This document shows, one piece after another, positions 38,595 through 64,000 of a stretch of 64,000 nucleotides of DNA. The stretch is taken from assembly GCF_001194135.2 (NCBI RefSeq), contig NC_068981.1, positions 94,235,238 through 94,299,237 of the forward strand, read 5' to 3'. How positions within the stretch are numbered: the stretch's first letter is position 1; the number at the start of each line of letters is the position of its first letter. Source of the stretch: Octopus bimaculoides. Taxonomy: Eukaryota. Below the pieces are notes generated by a model. It saw only the letters and a list, made by a program, of their open reading frames with translations. It was not told the origin of the DNA and did not search any database. Both the position numbers and the translations under genes were made by a program.

Positions 38595-39387
38595 GGATCT
38601 TTGGGGTTTGACGGGCAACATTTTTTTTGTAGTGTTTTTGGTACCGAAACACTTTCAAACTTCGAATATTTCTATATTTTGTGGTATAGAACAGATAAAA
38701 GATTTTGTATTCGGAGTTATTTTATGTAAAAAAAATTGTCGTATTTCGGTAAATTCAACCAATCAATGACGTCTATTGAGGTGAAAACAATTAATGCCGT
38801 AACGGTGTCATGGGATCTTTTCCCTTGAATAAAATTAGTCCCGTTGTTTGTCAACAACAACTACCCATGTTACTCTTATTTATGACATCGTTCGTGCGTT
38901 TGTACTGGTTTTAGCTTTAGGGTTTTACAGTTAGGGTTCGGGTTTTAGAGTTAGGGTTAGTTTTAGGATTACGGTTAGGGTTATGATTATTTTTGCCATA
39001 ACCTTAACTCTAACCCTATAACTCATAACCATAACCCTAACCCTAACCCCAACCTTAACCCGAACCCTAAAACCCGAATCCTAACCCTAAAACCCAAACC
39101 CTAACCCTAAAACCCTAAACCCTTACTAGGGAATAATGATATAATTAAACAGGGAATAACACGCTTGACACCGAACAGCAGTAACTGTATACAGCTGAAT
39201 AGACGTCAGTGATTGGTTGAAATTACAGAAATACGACAACTTTAACATGAAATAACTTGCGATGTACAATTTTTTGTTAAGAAGGTTAAGAGAAAAAGTT
39301 GTTTTATATGACACATTCTACCAGTGTCCCAAGTTTGAAAGTGTTTCGTTAAGAAAACAAATGTTGCCCGTCAAACCCCAAAGATCC
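38595..39387. mobile_element. Foldback DNA element with long TIRs, 8-bp TSD and internal head-to-head TTAGGG/CCCTAA-like arrays
   Basis: TSD caaggtgg at 38587-38594 and 39388-39395; TIR ggatctttggggtttgacgggcaac perfectly inverted at the right end; further inverted similarity for about 200 bp. Confidence 0.88.
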
Positions 39388-39795
39388 CAAGGTGGACTAA
39401 GAAATGTATAGAACTATGTATGTATTAATTTTCAAACTCAAGATCTGTTATTAGTGCCTCAATGACTTTGTTACTTTGATTCTTCTACATTGTAGTTTGT
39501 TATTTTGGGTGAAATTGATTGCAATAAAATTGTCTTTGTTTACAATTTATCAAATAAAGCAGACAACAATTTATGTTTAAAAAAAACAAGGATTTATTTC
39601 AAAGTAAACAATAAAAATATGCAGTTGACCCATAGATTTTTGTATGAAAATATAAAGAATTATCAGTTCTTTTAGAAATTGCATTGATTCAGCTGGACAA
39701 TGTAAGGCAATGTATGACGATTTTTACATAAAAAGCATCTTTACTGATCTCTTCAAAGCTTCATATTGTGAACCTTTAACAGAACAAAGCTTTCA

Positions 39796-39833
<38 letters not shown>

Positions 39834-40444
39834 AGTGAATTTCAGTGATTTAATAGAGAAACTCACAAAGAATATGGTTAGATTTGAGTTAAAATGTCTG
39901 TGTGGTATTACAACCAATGTTAAGCAATATCAAATTCAGAAGCAGAAAAAAAAAAAAAAAGAGGAAATTTCACTTAATAATTTCGCATTTAGTTTTGAAT
40001 GCTCTCTTTGGCACAGTGCCATTTCTGTTAGCAGAAATTATTGACCCTTATATATACATAGATATATATATATTTGATATAGAGAGAATCTAAATGCAAG
40101 CTGCTGCAAGTTTCATGACTCTTATTGGATGAGCTTGTATAGCATGCTGTGTTTTATGAGGTTCAAAATATATAAGGGCCAGTTCAAATTTTGACCAGAG
40201 TGTTTCAAATTTAATGCTCTAGCATTATTTAGAAAACTATAATGTTTTTTAGTTAATTAAATGTATTTTGTTCTGCTAAATGTGACATTTTTGATAATTC
40301 AACCACTCTTGTATACTTCTGCAGCCTACTTCATTTTCATCATACATAATTTATACAAACTTATTCAACACGCATATAATAAAAAAAAAACAAGAATCAA
40401 AGTGTACTTTTTGTAAAAATATATGTTGTATAATAATAATAATA

Positions 40445-40486
<42 letters not shown>

Positions 40487-40940
40487 CAGAATCATTTCAC
40501 TTTTGTTTTATGTGATTTCTTTAGACATGTTACAAGTTGTTTCAAAGTAAAAATCAAATCAATTTGTTAATTTTATTAATTGAGCTTGTATTTTTTAAAA
40601 TTAAAATATTAAACTTGAAACTAATAAAGATTAAATTCAATCAAATGCTACCTGAGGAGTACATCCAAAAGAAAAGGAATGATACAAGTGATAACAAAGA
40701 AAAATGTGTAAAAAAAAAAATTATGAAAATCTTTCTATGGATGAGGAGAAATTATAGTATGTATGTTTAAGTATGTGAGTATTTGTGCAGCAATTAATGT
40801 TTCCATATCTGTATAAGTATGTGCATGGAATTTGTGTGTGTGTATGTGTGTGTGTGTAAGGTTTATATCTATACCTTTGATTATATCTTATTCAATAAGC
40901 AATAGTCTGCAAATAAGGCTTGATAATAATAATAATAATC

Positions 40941-40990
<50 letters not shown>

Positions 40991-41195
40991 CTTTTCTACT
41001 ATAGGCAAAGGCCTGAAGTTTTGGGGCAAGTTGATTACATTGACCCCAGTACTCAGCTGGTACTAATTTTATCAACCCACTAAGGAATGAAAGGTGAAGT
41101 CAGCCATGGTGGAATTTGAACTAAGAATGTAAAGATGGATGAAACACTGCTCAGCATTTTGCCTGGCATGGTAACGATTCTACCAAATTGCCGCC

Positions 41196-41227
<32 letters not shown>

Positions 41228-41667
41228 GCAATGATGATAATAATAATGATTTTTAGCATAAGCACAGGGTCACATACTTAGTGGGAAGTGTTAGTTGATT
41301 AAATAAACTGCAGTACAAATATTTTATTTTTATCAACCTTGGAAGGATGAAAGGGAAAGCTGACTCCAGTGGGATATAATAGAATGTAAAAGAGAAATAA
41401 TGAAATACTGTAGGAGTCTAGGTTATTTAATTATATAAAGGGGCATAACTGAAGTAAAAAATATTAATGGTGATATACTGATTGAAGACCGATTTCTATT
41501 GAAGAAGTACAGTGGACTAATATACTAATTATTGGCCTGGAAGGAAGGAAGCAAAATATGACACCGGAGGGACTTGAACTTAGAATGTAGAGGAATGAAC
41601 TAAAGTACTTGAAGGTATCTTATTTGTTACTTTAGTTCTTGTCAGTTCATCACTCTAATATAATAAC

Positions 41668-41744
<77 letters not shown>

Positions 41745-42686
41745 TAATAATAATGATAACAATAATGGTTTATTTATTTGTTAATATTATAAAGAAATCA
41801 ATAATGATAATAATAAATAACAACAACAATTTAAAACTGATTTTGCCAATTAGTTGAGCTTCATATGGTTATATTTTACCAAGAAAGAATTCTTTAGATT
41901 TTTAGGAAGTATTAGGGATATATTTACACATTTTACTCAGTTGATCTTTAACTTACAGATACAGTCAAAGAAATGGAAGAGATATTCCTACAACAACTTG
42001 GTCTTCTCATTGTTCTGTTAATGTCCTTATTACCATCTTATCTTTCATTGGGAAAATTAAAAAAATATCTTTAAATTCTTTTTTGCTTTTAAGAAAATGG
42101 GCGTAAAAAAAATGGTCTAAACACACCAGTTAGTTTTTATAAAATTATTATCTCTTTTAAGGTATTTTTATGATAAATAGTTTGGATACAAAGCAGAACA
42201 AATCATGCAAATATTTAATGATGATTGTACTGTAGATCCAATTAATTTCTGTTAATTCAGTAAGTGAGAGAAATCACAGCAAAACAACAGTTGTATAGCT
42301 TAGATATCTATTCTTTTTTTTTTAGATAGGCATCAGGTCTGAAACCCATAGGGAAATGAATTTGTGTGATGTTAATGACATCAATGATGTGACAGAAGTT
42401 ATATGGTTACAAGGTTGAAACATAAACACACAGTGAGTTTACCTTAGCGCTTTTTTTTTTGGCACTCACATAACCATTATTGAGATAATATTAACAAATC
42501 TGCTTTCTGAATGTTCTGAGAGAAAAGATCTATTAGTTGAAAACTTAGAATATGTTATTTGTATAGTTATCACAGGAGGCAATTTTTGTTTTCTACTCCT
42601 TTGATGTATCTTGAAATATTTTAAGAAAAGAAAATGGAAATAGTATAAAGCCAATAAAAGAAATATTATTTAAAATGAAGTTTTTC

Positions 42687-63428
<20,742 letters not shown>

Positions 63429-63615
63429 CTGTTAGAGATATAGAAATACAATGATTTTAGAATGAGTCTCATAAAATACACAAGCTACTTAAAAAACAAC
63501 AACAAAGAACAGATAAATTTATATTGAAACATGCTGTTGTTCTGTCATTAAAATTTCTTAGTTTCCAATAGTTTTAGTTTTATTTCCTCCTCAATTTAAA
63601 AACCATAAAAATATA

Positions 63616-63694
63616 ATCAAAGGGCTAGTTATCAAAGGGCTAGTTATCAAAGGGCTAGTTATCAAAGGGCTAGTTATCAAAGGGCTAGTTATCA
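63616..63694. repeat. Perfect 15-bp minisatellite (atcaaagggctagtt) x5
   Basis: Five identical tandem copies plus atca. Confidence 0.97.
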
Positions 63695-64000
63695 GACTGA
63701 GCTGGCACATCTGGGAAAATTCTGAGAATAGTCTTGCTTGGAGGATAGATAATACAAGTAGATTTTCAATAAAATAATTAAATGTTTTAAATTATCCAAT
63801 CATTATCATTATTATTAGCCTTTCTGAGTTGATTAAATAAGTACTAGTTATGCACTGGAATCGATGTAGTTAACTTACCCCATCTCCTCATCTTCCTCCC
63901 ACCCAATTCAGGCCTCATGCTTTTAGTAGAAAAGATTATTATTATTATTTTGGTTTGTTTCAAGTTTGGTCTTATTCCTAGTAGGGATTATGAATGTTAC

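Noticed and set aside
38900-39130. Ancestral telomere-telomere fusion site
   Set aside because: The arrays are degenerate and enclosed by long TIRs with an exact 8-bp TSD, which indicates a transposon
40832-41857. Poly-Asn/Ile/Tyr ORFs, and the poly-RE ORFs at 44311-44542
   Set aside because: Translations of (AAT)n and (GA)n microsatellites, with no splice or homology support
63616-63694. CRISPR-like array
   Set aside because: Tandem repeats with no spacers, in a eukaryotic intron

Overview
AT-rich, intron-rich animal genomic DNA with 8 N-gaps, most beside (TA)n runs. The SINE/LINE families look like octopus (inferred from memory of these repeats, not from a search). Two convergent spliced genes were rebuilt by hand from splice sites and reading frame. 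(1) ECI2, an ACBP-domain plus crotonase-fold enoyl-CoA delta-isomerase, on + strand: 9 coding exons at 10063-32263, 356 aa from Met 10106, ending in the PTS1-type tripeptide -SKM, with a probable GC-AG intron. (2) The 3' part of an ABCA-subfamily transporter on - strand: 15 exons at 63428-42687, about 641 aa covering TMD2, NBD2 and the tail; its 5' part lies beyond the window. Introns and intergenic DNA are packed with mobile elements: a Helitron 3' end, two full-length decayed mariners, Tc1/mariner fragments, RTE and CR1 LINE 3' ends, tRNA-derived SINEs, piggyBac/hAT/Tc1-type MITEs, a foldback element with head-to-head telomere-like repeats, and a Penelope-like GIY-YIG fragment. The most striking unexplained signal is a set of six hammerhead-ribozyme-like cores (CTGANGA-stem-GAAA, mostly with a palindromic stem III). 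They sit in several unrelated non-coding repeat units, one of them a tRNA-headed SINE, near the Penelope endonuclease fragment. This suggests Penelope-mobilised ribozyme-bearing parasites; every individual copy has at least one mismatch to the canonical core.
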